IMG/VR virus record: IMGVR_UViG_3300010430_000004
Coordinates: 64,001-128,000 of that record
Length of the DNA stretch: 64,000 nt
Reading direction: 5' to 3' (one strand)
Source: a virus
This document shows positions 31,261 through 40,513 of this stretch, piece by piece (within the stretch, counting starts at the first letter, position 1; each line of letters starts with the position of its first letter). A program made the position numbers and the translations under genes. The notes below the pieces were generated by a model. The model was not told where the DNA came from. It searched no databases and saw only the letters and a program-made list of their open reading frames with translations.

Positions 31261-32788
31261 AGTATCACCTACAAAAGCTTATATTGTAGATTATACTGAA
31301 GCTGAGTTTGCTGATCTTGAAAAGCATTGCAAATACACCAATAGTAGTGTTGGCTTTCAATTATCAAAACACATGAAAAATACCAGATACAGGAACTGGT
31401 GTGCAGCAAACAATAGCTCTAAATGGGAAGATACCAAAAATGAGCTAATAGCCAAAAAAGATCATTCACTATTGCAAAGAGACAAAGAAGGTTGGCACCT
31501 TTACCCAGGCTACTTGGGCTATTTGCCTAAGAAAATAAAAGTGGAAGTTGAAGACAATTCAACCTACCCAGAATTCAAACTTCTGGCTTGGAAACACAAG
31601 TTTCCCCATGAGCTGTATAATTGTCAACAAGAGACCATTGATCTCATGTTAAAGAACCCTCACTGCCACGCCGAACTTGCCACTGGTATTGGTAAAACTA
31701 TCACAATCATTACCCTTGCCCAACAAACAGGCAACACTATTATTGTTACTCCATCTAAGGATCTATTTAAGGATCTTGTTAAAAAATTCACCTACTATCT
31801 TGGAGCAAACAACGTAGGAACGTATGGAGATGGAAAAAAGAAAATAGGAAAACCTGTAACTATATGTATAGCCAAGTCGTTGACAATGATCAAGCCGAAT
31901 ACTCTTGAATGGGAATTCTTTAGTAACGCGTCAGTGGTCATAGGTGATGAGTGCCACACACTGGCAGCAGCAACACTAGAGAAGACATTTCACAATGTAC
32001 TAAGCAACGTACCATACAGATGGTTTTTGTCCGGCACAGCTGTACGTGGTGACGGTACTGGCAAGATGTTGAAGAGTGTAATAGGGCCACAAGTTTACAG
32101 TTTTAACACTAAACAAGGCATAGAGGCTGGTATACTCTGTAATTTAGAATTTAAAATAGTAAAAATACTCACGGATAAGCCTGGAAAAACCTCAAAAGAC
32201 CCTATGGTTGAGAAAAGAAATCATTTGCTTAGAAATACAAATGCTTCAAATTTTTATTCAAAAATGGCTAACTTATTGTATGAAAAGAAAAATCAGAAAA
32301 CGTTGATATTAGTAGAAGAGATTGAGCAGATATGTATGCTTGCTAAAAAATTAAGAGTGCCCTTTACCTATGCCCATGGCAATACTGTTAAAAAGGCTGA
32401 TCTTGAAAAACTTAACAAGAAACATGGAACCAATATTGAAAGCCGAACAAAAAATGATGAAAGAATTGACGCATTTAATAAGGGTGAATTTGGTGTTTTT
32501 ATTGGAACCAGCTGTGTAAGTACTGGTACAAATTTTTTCGCCAATGCTCACACAATGAATTGGCAAGGTGGAGGCTCAGAAACTTCTACTAAGCAAGGAA
32601 GTATTGGCAGATCAGTTAGACAACTGCACCTATCAGAGTATGCTCATTTACATGACCCTATTACTCTTAGAACTGTATGGGACTTGGATATTGTTGGAGT
32701 AGAGAAAATGCAGAAACAGTTAATGCAACGAATAGAGTACTACGAAGAAACTGGTGAAACCTTAAAGTTTATAGAAGGAATTAAATAA
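31247..32788 (+). CDS. SF2 helicase, UvsW-like
   Basis: ATGIGKT, DECH, SGT, QGSIGRSVR motifs. Confidence 0.85.
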   Translation: MKFRKVSPTKAYIVDYTEAEFADLEKHCKYTNSSVGFQLSKHMKNTRYRNWCAANNSSKWEDTKNELIAKKDHSLLQRDKEGWHLYPGYLGYLPKKIKVEVEDNSTYPEFKLLAWKHKFPHELYNCQQETIDLMLKNPHCHAELATGIGKTITIITLAQQTGNTIIVTPSKDLFKDLVKKFTYYLGANNVGTYGDGKKKIGKPVTICIAKSLTMIKPNTLEWEFFSNASVVIGDECHTLAAATLEKTFHNVLSNVPYRWFLSGTAVRGDGTGKMLKSVIGPQVYSFNTKQGIEAGILCNLEFKIVKILTDKPGKTSKDPMVEKRNHLLRNTNASNFYSKMANLLYEKKNQKTLILVEEIEQICMLAKKLRVPFTYAHGNTVKKADLEKLNKKHGTNIESRTKNDERIDAFNKGEFGVFIGTSCVSTGTNFFANAHTMNWQGGGSETSTKQGSIGRSVRQLHLSEYAHLHDPITLRTVWDLDIVGVEKMQKQLMQRIEYYEETGETLKFIEGIK

Positions 32789-33840
32789 TGGCATTTAAAA
32801 GATTCGACGATTCTTTTTATAAACTAGCTAATCAAATAGCTGTAGTTCTTGAAAGAAACAAAGATCCCAAATACGATGGTATGAAGGATTGGGAAATTCA
32901 AAAAGAGCAACTAGAAAATCTTATGAAATATGAAGACAAGTTCAAACAATCCATATACAGAAGCATTCAGACCAGAGAGATTTACAAAAAGTTTATCATA
33001 ACTACTGTTCAAAACAATATCCTTTCAGCTCGCCCTTTCTTTAGAGAGAAAGCCAAAGTATTTAGCGCCGAAATTACACCAGCTATTCGCGAAGGTGATT
33101 TTGAGGCTCTTAAGACTTTTAAAATCAATTATAAATTTATCCAATTTATTAGAGAAAACTGGAAAGGTAAGTTTCCAAATAAAGGCGAGCAATGGTACGA
33201 AAAGATTATGAAATCTAGGACATTGCTTATAGAAAACTCTCTACCTTTGGCTGTAAACATTGCTAAACGTTTCTATAAAAGCGTACCAGAAAGCCACATG
33301 GAGCTGCTAGACGCTATTAATATTTGTGTAGACGGACTTATTTCTGGAGTAGACAAGTATTCGGCTGAAGAGTATACTAAGGTTTTTAGAAGCGTATGTA
33401 TTGGTAGAATGAAAGGTGGAATGGTAGAAGACTACTCTCAAACTCTTATTCACTTCTACCCATCTGATAAGAAAATTCTTTATAAAATTAATATTCTAAG
33501 AAATAGAGAAAAAATTACAGATATTCACCATTTATGTGAAAGACTAAATGAAGTAATTAAAGAAGACCAAAAAGAAGGCAAGAACCTAAAAGTAGATACT
33601 GTAACTGTTCCAGAAATTATGAGACTGATGCATGGCTCTTCTACGTTTAGTGCCGATCAAGCAGCAAACGAAGATGAAGAGGGCAATGATATCAATATTT
33701 ATACCTATGCTGCTGATGACAAACCCACCCAAGAAGAAATGGTTGAGAAGGCTGATCTGCTTGGTAAGATCTTTGATTCTTGTGAAGATCTTGATATTTT
33801 AGAAATGAAGATATTAAAACTCAAAGGAATTTCAATATGA
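32788..33840 (+). CDS. Phage sigma-70-family factor with region 4.2 missing
   Basis: Region 2: LLIENSLPLAVNIAKRF...LLDAINICVDGLISGVDKY; ends LDILEMKILKLKGISI without the -35 HTH. Confidence 0.75.
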   Translation: MAFKRFDDSFYKLANQIAVVLERNKDPKYDGMKDWEIQKEQLENLMKYEDKFKQSIYRSIQTREIYKKFIITTVQNNILSARPFFREKAKVFSAEITPAIREGDFEALKTFKINYKFIQFIRENWKGKFPNKGEQWYEKIMKSRTLLIENSLPLAVNIAKRFYKSVPESHMELLDAINICVDGLISGVDKYSAEEYTKVFRSVCIGRMKGGMVEDYSQTLIHFYPSDKKILYKINILRNREKITDIHHLCERLNEVIKEDQKEGKNLKVDTVTVPEIMRLMHGSSTFSADQAANEDEEGNDINIYTYAADDKPTQEEMVEKADLLGKIFDSCEDLDILEMKILKLKGISI

Positions 33841-34139
33841 CAAGTATTAATCGTGTGTTTTGTGAAACTTATCAGAAAAAAGGCGTAGAAGTCAAAGCAA
33901 GCAAGGGCCTAGCTCTTGGTGGAGCTAAACAGAAGATTTCAGTGATCAAATTAGAGGTGTTGGTTCATTGTCAAATCTTTATGGGATCACAAGTATTAGA
34001 AATCGAGGCTGGACAAAAGCTTTTAGTAAAAGAAGAAGATCTTCATATAGGCGCTACTGGTGCTCAACAATTAAATATGGATGGAATTGAAGGTCCTTTT
34101 ATTATCATTGATCCTGCTTATATTTATGGTATAGAATAA
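33837..34139 (+). CDS. GroES/gp31-like co-chaperonin
   Basis: NRVF...KASKGLALGG...EVL...IEAGQKLLV...FIIIDPAYIYGIE follows the GroES layout; 100 aa. Confidence 0.5.
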   Translation: MTSINRVFCETYQKKGVEVKASKGLALGGAKQKISVIKLEVLVHCQIFMGSQVLEIEAGQKLLVKEEDLHIGATGAQQLNMDGIEGPFIIIDPAYIYGIE

Positions 34140-34399
34140 TGGATAAAAAGCTGAAAAGCAAGATTCAACAATCAATGCTTGAGCTGTATAACGAGGAAAC
34201 TTACAAAAACAAAAATAAACCTCTAACAGTAGATCAGATGCAAGTAATGCTTCCTTTATGGTGGAAAAAATTAGAGAGACAAGGATTAACTAAACCTCTT
34301 CAGAAAAGAAATTTTGGATACTCTAAATTTGTTGAGTCTTTTTTAAGAGTAAAACAGAGAGAAGAATTATTTAAGCATTTTAATATTAACTATAGGTAG
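34139..34399 (+). CDS. Hypothetical protein
   Basis: TAATG-coupled ORF. Confidence 0.55.
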   Translation: MDKKLKSKIQQSMLELYNEETYKNKNKPLTVDQMQVMLPLWWKKLERQGLTKPLQKRNFGYSKFVESFLRVKQREELFKHFNINYR

Positions 34400-34401
34400 A
34401 T

Positions 34402-35391
34402 ATGTACATTATCATTGGCGACCCTCACATTACTAAAAGAAACCTTAAAGAAAGTAAAAAATTCTTTAAAGAGCTTTTTAATAAAATAGATTCAATGAAT
34501 GGAGTCGAGCCAGTAGATGTCATTTTCCTTGGTGATGGTCAACATACTCATGCTACTATTTCCATGGAAGTTTTAAATCTTTGGGACAAAATATTCAAAG
34601 CCCTTTCTAAGGCACCTAATACAAGAAGTGTAATTTATCTTGTAGGAAATCACGACATTTCTGGAGAGGTTTCTCGTGAAAGAGAAGAATCTTCTTTTAG
34701 TGTATTCAAAGACAAATATAGTAAAGTTATGATCATTGATAAGCCAATTATATTTGGAAACGTAGCTTATGTTCCATATACTTCTTCTGAAGAGTTGTTT
34801 GTTAAAGATTGTCAATATCTTTATGATAATGGTGCAGAAAATACTGTAATTTGTCATCAGACCTTTAACGGTGCTAAATTTGAAACTGGTATGTATGCTC
34901 CTGAAGGTTTTGATCATTCTAGAGTTCCACAGAAAAATATAATCAGTGGGCATATTCATAAAAGACAAGAATTTGAAAACGTCATATATCCTGGAACGTG
35001 GAGATGGATGACAAAAAGTGATGCTAACGATGATAAGGGTATTTTCTTTGCTGAAGAATTGGATATTGAAAAAATCGAACTAGAGTTTTCAAGCACAGAA
35101 AATGTATGTACTCCAATAAAAGAATATATTCACAATGAAGGCGAAAAAATGCCTGATCTTAATCCAGATCATAAAAACTACATGACTCTTGTAGGGACAG
35201 CTAAATGGGCGAATACTACTAAGAAGAAAATAAAAGATAATGCTATTATAAAAATACACACAACAGATAATAAAGCTAGACGTGTAGAAGTTTCAGAAAA
35301 CGTAACCATAGTAGAGTTTATTGAAAAGCACATGGATCTTGAAAAAGAAGTAACCAAGAAAGAAGTCATTCAGTATATAGGTGCGCTATGA
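34402..35391 (+). CDS. Mre11/SbcD-like (gp47) recombination nuclease
   Basis: GDPH, FLGD, GNHD, CHQ, SGHIH, YPG motifs; Rad50 partner downstream. Confidence 0.8.
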   Translation: MYIIIGDPHITKRNLKESKKFFKELFNKIDSMNGVEPVDVIFLGDGQHTHATISMEVLNLWDKIFKALSKAPNTRSVIYLVGNHDISGEVSREREESSFSVFKDKYSKVMIIDKPIIFGNVAYVPYTSSEELFVKDCQYLYDNGAENTVICHQTFNGAKFETGMYAPEGFDHSRVPQKNIISGHIHKRQEFENVIYPGTWRWMTKSDANDDKGIFFAEELDIEKIELEFSSTENVCTPIKEYIHNEGEKMPDLNPDHKNYMTLVGTAKWANTTKKKIKDNAIIKIHTTDNKARRVEVSENVTIVEFIEKHMDLEKEVTKKEVIQYIGAL

Positions 35392-35774
35392 GTACCCTAG
35401 CAATTATTGATGATCTTAGAAAAATGATGATTATGTCTGGCAAGATGAGTGATCTTCACTATGCTAACTTACAGGGTTGGGGTCAATTAGTGTTTTCTGA
35501 CTATGAATCTGTTGAAATTGAATATGATATTAAGACCACTGATCCTAAAAAATATAGAGAACTTACAGGACATTCTCTTAAATCTGTTGACGAAAAAGCA
35601 GCTTTTGGGTCTACAATCACTTATAGAGTAAAAACTAAAAAAGGCAAGAGAATTACAAAAAAACAGGCAGAAACTGCCCTAAATAGCCTTAAGCTGTGGA
35701 TAGGCCATTTATTTTGGTCAGATATCCAAGTCCAAATCTTTATTAATAAGAAGGAATACAAGGGTTTATCGTGA
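35388..35774 (+). CDS. Hypothetical protein
   Basis: Coupled ORF. Confidence 0.55.
   Translation: MSTLAIIDDLRKMMIMSGKMSDLHYANLQGWGQLVFSDYESVEIEYDIKTTDPKKYRELTGHSLKSVDEKAAFGSTITYRVKTKKGKRITKKQAETALNSLKLWIGHLFWSDIQVQIFINKKEYKGLS
35735..35742 (+). promoter_or_regulatory. Candidate late promoter box AATCTTTA, 36 nt before the GTG at 35771
   Basis: Same octamer and same distance as at the fibre gene; lies in the 3' end of the upstream ORF. Confidence 0.4.
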
Positions 35775-36418
35775 GTGAAGAAAATAAAGACATTGTAGAT
35801 GTTACTGAAATCAGCACTGATTTTACTTTTCAGGAAGAAACAGAGCTACAAAAATTTGTAGAAAAGGATATGCCTGGACTAACAAGCGTAACTGATGATA
35901 AGCTAACTCAGCTGTTTTCTATGTATATGAAGGGTAAAAGTTATACTGAAATTTCTCAGCATCTTAAAGTCAAAAAACCTGTCATTCTATGTCTAAGCAA
36001 ACAAAACGGCTGGTATGATAAAAAGGTAGAATATTACAATGCTATTCAGGCCAATATTCAGGATCGTTTATTACAGACTAAAATAGAGTCTACTAAATTC
36101 TTGGCAGATATTGTAGGCTATTACCATTCCACTATGGGTGCCAAGGTAGAACAAGCCCTTGCTGATGGAAAAAAGATTTCTGAGCTTATGGATAGCAAAG
36201 AGTTCGCTGTATACTTTAGAGCACTAGAGGCTCTTGAAAAAGGATCAGGCAAATCAGTAGATCCAGGTGGAAAAGGCCCAACTATCAACATTCATGGTGG
36301 AGCTAAAACTACAGTTTCTGAAGATGGAAAGACTCTAGAAATAGACACTTCCTCTGGAGAAGTAGGAGATATCCTCAAGTCCTTGGCTGAATTAACAAAG
36401 GCTAGAAAAAAAGACTAG
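35771..36418 (+). CDS. HTH protein, possible terminase small subunit
   Basis: LFSMYMKGKSYTEISQHLKV...KQNGW HTH, then helical body and PTINIH tail. Confidence 0.4.
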   Translation: MSEENKDIVDVTEISTDFTFQEETELQKFVEKDMPGLTSVTDDKLTQLFSMYMKGKSYTEISQHLKVKKPVILCLSKQNGWYDKKVEYYNAIQANIQDRLLQTKIESTKFLADIVGYYHSTMGAKVEQALADGKKISELMDSKEFAVYFRALEALEKGSGKSVDPGGKGPTINIHGGAKTTVSEDGKTLEIDTSSGEVGDILKSLAELTKARKKD

Positions 36419-36444
36419 CATTTTTGCCAAAAATATGTTATACT
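36415..36444 (+). promoter_or_regulatory. TAGC-class promoter: CTAGCA-N18-TATACT
   Basis: One of four copies; ATG lies 6 nt after the -10 box. Confidence 0.7.
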
Positions 36445-36450
36445 ATCTGT

Positions 36451-36795
36451 ATGAGATATTTATTTATACTTTTTATAGCATTACCATGCAACGCTGATAA
36501 TTCTAAAGAAGCCATTAGAACAGCAAGCAAGGCTTTTCTTAAAACCGATCAAGGAAAGACTATAAAGAAAAACGCCGAAAGCAAGACTAGATATATAATA
36601 GAGCGATACGTTGGTGAAAACAACGCAGCAATCGCTGGGGTTTTGGCAGATGTAGCCATAACTGGTCGGATAGATTCTGGAAAATTTAATACAAAAATAA
36701 AGCTTTTTGATAAAACCTATGTAAACCCTCATATAGTATATGATATTAACAATAGTGAGGCAAGTGGCCTCCTAACCATAGACATTAAATACTAA
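36451..36795 (+). CDS. Secreted hypothetical protein, probably leaderless
   Basis: Signal peptide MRYLFILFIALPCNA; the track start (TTG 36424) lies inside the promoter. Confidence 0.6.
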   Translation: MRYLFILFIALPCNADNSKEAIRTASKAFLKTDQGKTIKKNAESKTRYIIERYVGENNAAIAGVLADVAITGRIDSGKFNTKIKLFDKTYVNPHIVYDINNSEASGLLTIDIKY

Positions 36796-36806
36796 TAGGA
36801 GGAAAA

Positions 36807-37721
36807 ATGTCAAAATTAGTTACACTTTTATTTGCATTTGCTCTGGCATTCAGTGCTAACGCAAAAACAAGTAAAGTTGCAAAGGTCAAATTGACCGTAG
36901 ATAACACTATTGCCTTAAATGGGCCAGTAATGGAAGATAGCGTACAAGCTGTCCAACTTAAAGCCAAAAAATTGGATGCCACACTAAAAAGTGGATACCC
37001 TATTTATCTTATCTTGAATACTCCAGGTGGATCTATTCAGGCTGGATTAGAGCTTATTGAGTTTATGCGTTCACTAAATCGTCCAGTACATACTGTGACT
37101 ATTTTTGCTGCTTCTATGGGTTTTCAAATCGCCCAACATCTTGGCAAACGTTATATCCTTAAGTATGGTGTTCTTATGAGCCACAAAGCTTCTGGTGGAT
37201 TCCGTGGAGAATTTCCTGGACAATTAGATAACCGTAGAAATTTCTGGGGTCGTCGATTATATGAAATGGACGCTGTAACTGTTAAGCGTACTCGTGGTAA
37301 ACAAACAATGAAAACTTATCGTACTGCTTATGAAAATGAGCTATGGGTTGGTGGAGCAGATAGTAGAAAACTAGGATACGCTGATCAAGTTGTTCGCATG
37401 AGCTGTTCAAAAGAACTTTCTGATAGCCGTGATAAATTGGAAGTTTATTCTTTCTTTGGTAAATTTAACCTAGAATTTTCTGGTTGCCCTACTATTACAG
37501 GACCAACTGCTGTTACTGCAATGATTCGTACAACTGAAGGTTTAATGAGCATGGAAGATTTCAACAAAAAGGGTGGAGTTTATCCTAATGAAATCGGAAA
37601 AGACACCTATGCACCACTTAAAGCATTATCTCCCAAAGTTACTCAAGAGCTTATCCTTGACGAACTTAAAAAGCACCAATACAAGTTTCTTAACAGAGAC
37701 GCTGTTATTCGGAGTTACTAA
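36807..37721 (+). CDS. ClpP-like (S14/S49) serine protease with Sec signal peptide
   Basis: MSKLVTLLFAFALAFSANA; LILNTPGGS, AASMG (Ser), LMSHKASGG (His), LGYADQV. Confidence 0.8.
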   Translation: MSKLVTLLFAFALAFSANAKTSKVAKVKLTVDNTIALNGPVMEDSVQAVQLKAKKLDATLKSGYPIYLILNTPGGSIQAGLELIEFMRSLNRPVHTVTIFAASMGFQIAQHLGKRYILKYGVLMSHKASGGFRGEFPGQLDNRRNFWGRRLYEMDAVTVKRTRGKQTMKTYRTAYENELWVGGADSRKLGYADQVVRMSCSKELSDSRDKLEVYSFFGKFNLEFSGCPTITGPTAVTAMIRTTEGLMSMEDFNKKGGVYPNEIGKDTYAPLKALSPKVTQELILDELKKHQYKFLNRDAVIRSY

Positions 37722-37981
37722 TGCCTAGAATTGAATACTCTTGCACTAATAAAAAATGTAAGAAGTCATTCAAGAAGTTTTTCTCAAAAGCTTCCTCTAT
37801 AGTTGAAAAAACAGAATGTAAATTCTGTAAAGAGGAAGCCAAGAGAATACTAAGTGCGCCTAGCACTAAAAGCACAATGATAGTTGACAATGGAGTGCAG
37901 GGTAGACAAACAGAAATCATGCACGATATTGTTGAAATGAATCAAGATCGAGACAAAAAAGGCTATAACAGGGGTGATTAA
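37721..37981 (+). CDS. FmdB-like zinc-ribbon protein
   Basis: MPRIEYSCTNKKC...ECKFC...RILSAP. Confidence 0.7.
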   Translation: MPRIEYSCTNKKCKKSFKKFFSKASSIVEKTECKFCKEEAKRILSAPSTKSTMIVDNGVQGRQTEIMHDIVEMNQDRDKKGYNRGD

Positions 37982-40014
37982 TGCTTTACTTAAAAGGACT
38001 ATCTATTGAAGGCTTCAGGTCTATCAGAGACAAGCAAGAGATAGATATAAATGCCTTAGGTAGAGCAACCCGAATAGCTGGGGTAAACAATGACACTGGA
38101 GGAGACTCTGGAGCAGGAAAGACTTCAGTAGCTGAAGCAATAGATTATCTTTTTAATGTCTCAAGTATTCCAGCTACAGTGCTAAAGTGCAGAGAATCAA
38201 CTGGTCCTATAGAAATTTGTGGGACCTTTCTTAATGAAAAATCTGAAGAAATTGTAATTAAAAGAAACAGCAAAGATGGTGTTTCAGTTAGCATCAACAA
38301 TGAGCTAGTTGAAGGTTTGTCTACTATTGTTGAAGAAAAGATTGATGAATTGATTTCTATTCCTAGAAAAATATTCAGAAAAATGTATCACAAGAAACAG
38401 AAAGAGTCTGGTTTTTTTCTTAAACTAACCCCTAAAGAGAGTTGGAACTTTTTAAACCAAGCCTGTGGTCTGGGTGAATGGCAGATTAAGCTAGAGAAAT
38501 TGGATATTCGCGTAAAGGAATTAAAAGATCTTTTATCTAAGAAAGAATACGAAATATCAGTAGACAAAGATTCTTTAAAAGACCTTGAAGAAAGAACCAA
38601 TTTTGTAGTACCTGAGAAACCTGTCTTAATTGATACCAAACATATTGAAAAAGAAATTAAGCAAATAGAAAGTACTGTTGAAAAGCTTATAGCTGAAAAA
38701 GATGAAACCATCTCTAAAATCCAGAAGCCGGAAAATGTGCCTACTGATTATGGCAGGCTTATTGAAAAGCTAGAAGAAGAGATAGGCAAACACGAAAATA
38801 GGCACCAAGACGTTTTAGATGAAGTAAATGCTAAATACAAAAAATTAAAAACTATTGTTGAATTTAAAGAAAAAGAATTAAATGACAAGAGATTCGCAGA
38901 ATCAAATGCCAATCATCTTAAAAAAGATATAAAAAAGAAAGTAACCGAACTCAAAATGCTTGGTGAAGAAGAATGTCCTACTTGTAATCAAGTATGGGTA
39001 GACCCTATTAAACAGGAAATTATTAACGAAAAGAAAACAGCATTAAAATCAGATAAAGCCACTTATGATAAATTAGTTAAAGAATCTGACGGACAAGAAG
39101 ATCTTGTTGAAAAAATAGCAAAAGGCAAGGCCAAACTAGAAGAGCTATCTGAGCCTGTAGTCAATAACGAGTTAGAGCATATAAACAAATATAAAGCAGC
39201 GATTAAAAAATACCAGGAAAAAATAAGCAAAGCCTCTTCAGAATATCAAACGGCCTACTCTGCATACTCTACTGAAATAGACAAAGCAAAGAATCACTTC
39301 AATGAGCTTATTGAATCTCAGAAATCCAAAGCCAGTTCTTTGGCCTCTCAGGTGCAGGAAAACGAGCTTAAGAAAGAATATTATGACAAAGCTGTTGAGA
39401 AAATAGAGTCAGATAAGGCCATTTTTGAAAATGCCAAACAAACCAGAAGAGATAAAATATTTGCTAAAGAAAAAGAACTAAGCGAATTAAACAAAGAAAT
39501 GGATCTAGCATACGAATCTAAGAAAGCCATCAGAAGCTATAACATGAAGGTTTTTCAAGAAACTTTAGATACTATAGCTTACAATGCCTCTAATATTCTA
39601 AATATGGTTCCAAATGCACAAAACTCAACAATAACTTTTGAGTCCTTTAAAGAGTTAAAGAACGGAAATATTAAGGAAGAAATTACAGCATTTATTAACA
39701 ATGGCAAGGGACAAAACGTAGATGTTAGATCGTTTTCTGGTGGAGAAGAAACATCTATTGATTTAGCCGTAGATCTAGCTGTTATTGACGTATTAGAGGA
39801 CAAATTCAACAAGGGTATAAATATCTTTCTTATGGATGAGCCCTTTAACGGCCTTGATGGGATATCTAAAGAAGGATATGTTGAAATACTTACTAATATT
39901 GATACCAATAAGAAACTAATAATCATGGACCATTCAGTAGAAGTTAAAGAAATGATTAGCGATACTATTATAGTAGAAAAATCAAACGATGTAAGCAGGA
40001 TTGTAAATGAGTAA
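37981..40014 (+). CDS. Rad50/SbcC-like (gp46) ABC ATPase
   Basis: IEGFRS, GAGKTS, CPTC zinc hook, FSGGE signature, MDEPF, IIMDH. Confidence 0.9.
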   Translation: MLYLKGLSIEGFRSIRDKQEIDINALGRATRIAGVNNDTGGDSGAGKTSVAEAIDYLFNVSSIPATVLKCRESTGPIEICGTFLNEKSEEIVIKRNSKDGVSVSINNELVEGLSTIVEEKIDELISIPRKIFRKMYHKKQKESGFFLKLTPKESWNFLNQACGLGEWQIKLEKLDIRVKELKDLLSKKEYEISVDKDSLKDLEERTNFVVPEKPVLIDTKHIEKEIKQIESTVEKLIAEKDETISKIQKPENVPTDYGRLIEKLEEEIGKHENRHQDVLDEVNAKYKKLKTIVEFKEKELNDKRFAESNANHLKKDIKKKVTELKMLGEEECPTCNQVWVDPIKQEIINEKKTALKSDKATYDKLVKESDGQEDLVEKIAKGKAKLEELSEPVVNNELEHINKYKAAIKKYQEKISKASSEYQTAYSAYSTEIDKAKNHFNELIESQKSKASSLASQVQENELKKEYYDKAVEKIESDKAIFENAKQTRRDKIFAKEKELSELNKEMDLAYESKKAIRSYNMKVFQETLDTIAYNASNILNMVPNAQNSTITFESFKELKNGNIKEEITAFINNGKGQNVDVRSFSGGEETSIDLAVDLAVIDVLEDKFNKGINIFLMDEPFNGLDGISKEGYVEILTNIDTNKKLIIMDHSVEVKEMISDTIIVEKSNDVSRIVNE

Positions 40015-40513
40015 ATTTAAAGAAGTAGTTGATTATTTTAACTCTGAGAATAGAAACGCGTATTTCCTAACTAGAGATTTTTCCAAGCGTTTTGGTGGAA
40101 CACTAAATTCTTATTCTACATATAAGTGTTATCTCAGATCAGCAGGATATATAAGAAAAGTTGACACTGGACTTTACCAAAAAGTAAAAAATATACCAGA
40201 AAACATTACAGTTTCTAAATTATTAAACGAAGCCTATCCTAAAGAACCTAGATATTTTGGTCGTGCTCCCTTTATGGCCCCTATTAAACTTACTCCAGCT
40301 TTGATTGAAATATTTAATACAAAGAGAATGGAAATGCCTAGAACACAGATAGTTAAAAATCTTTGGGTGTATATTAAAAAGCACAATCTTCAAGATCCTA
40401 AAAACAAAAGAATTATTATTTGTGATGCAAAACTTAGAAAAGTAATGGGTAAATCAAGCATTTCAATGTTTGAAATGGTAAAAGCACTTAGTAACCACTT
40501 GGGATTCAAATGA
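40007..40513 (+). CDS. SWIB/MDM2-domain protein with N-terminal winged-helix-like region
   Basis: MPRTQIVKNLWVYIKKHNLQDPKNKRIIICDAKLRKVMG...MFEMVKALSNHL matches the SWIB signature. Confidence 0.85.
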   Translation: MSKFKEVVDYFNSENRNAYFLTRDFSKRFGGTLNSYSTYKCYLRSAGYIRKVDTGLYQKVKNIPENITVSKLLNEAYPKEPRYFGRAPFMAPIKLTPALIEIFNTKRMEMPRTQIVKNLWVYIKKHNLQDPKNKRIIICDAKLRKVMGKSSISMFEMVKALSNHLGFK

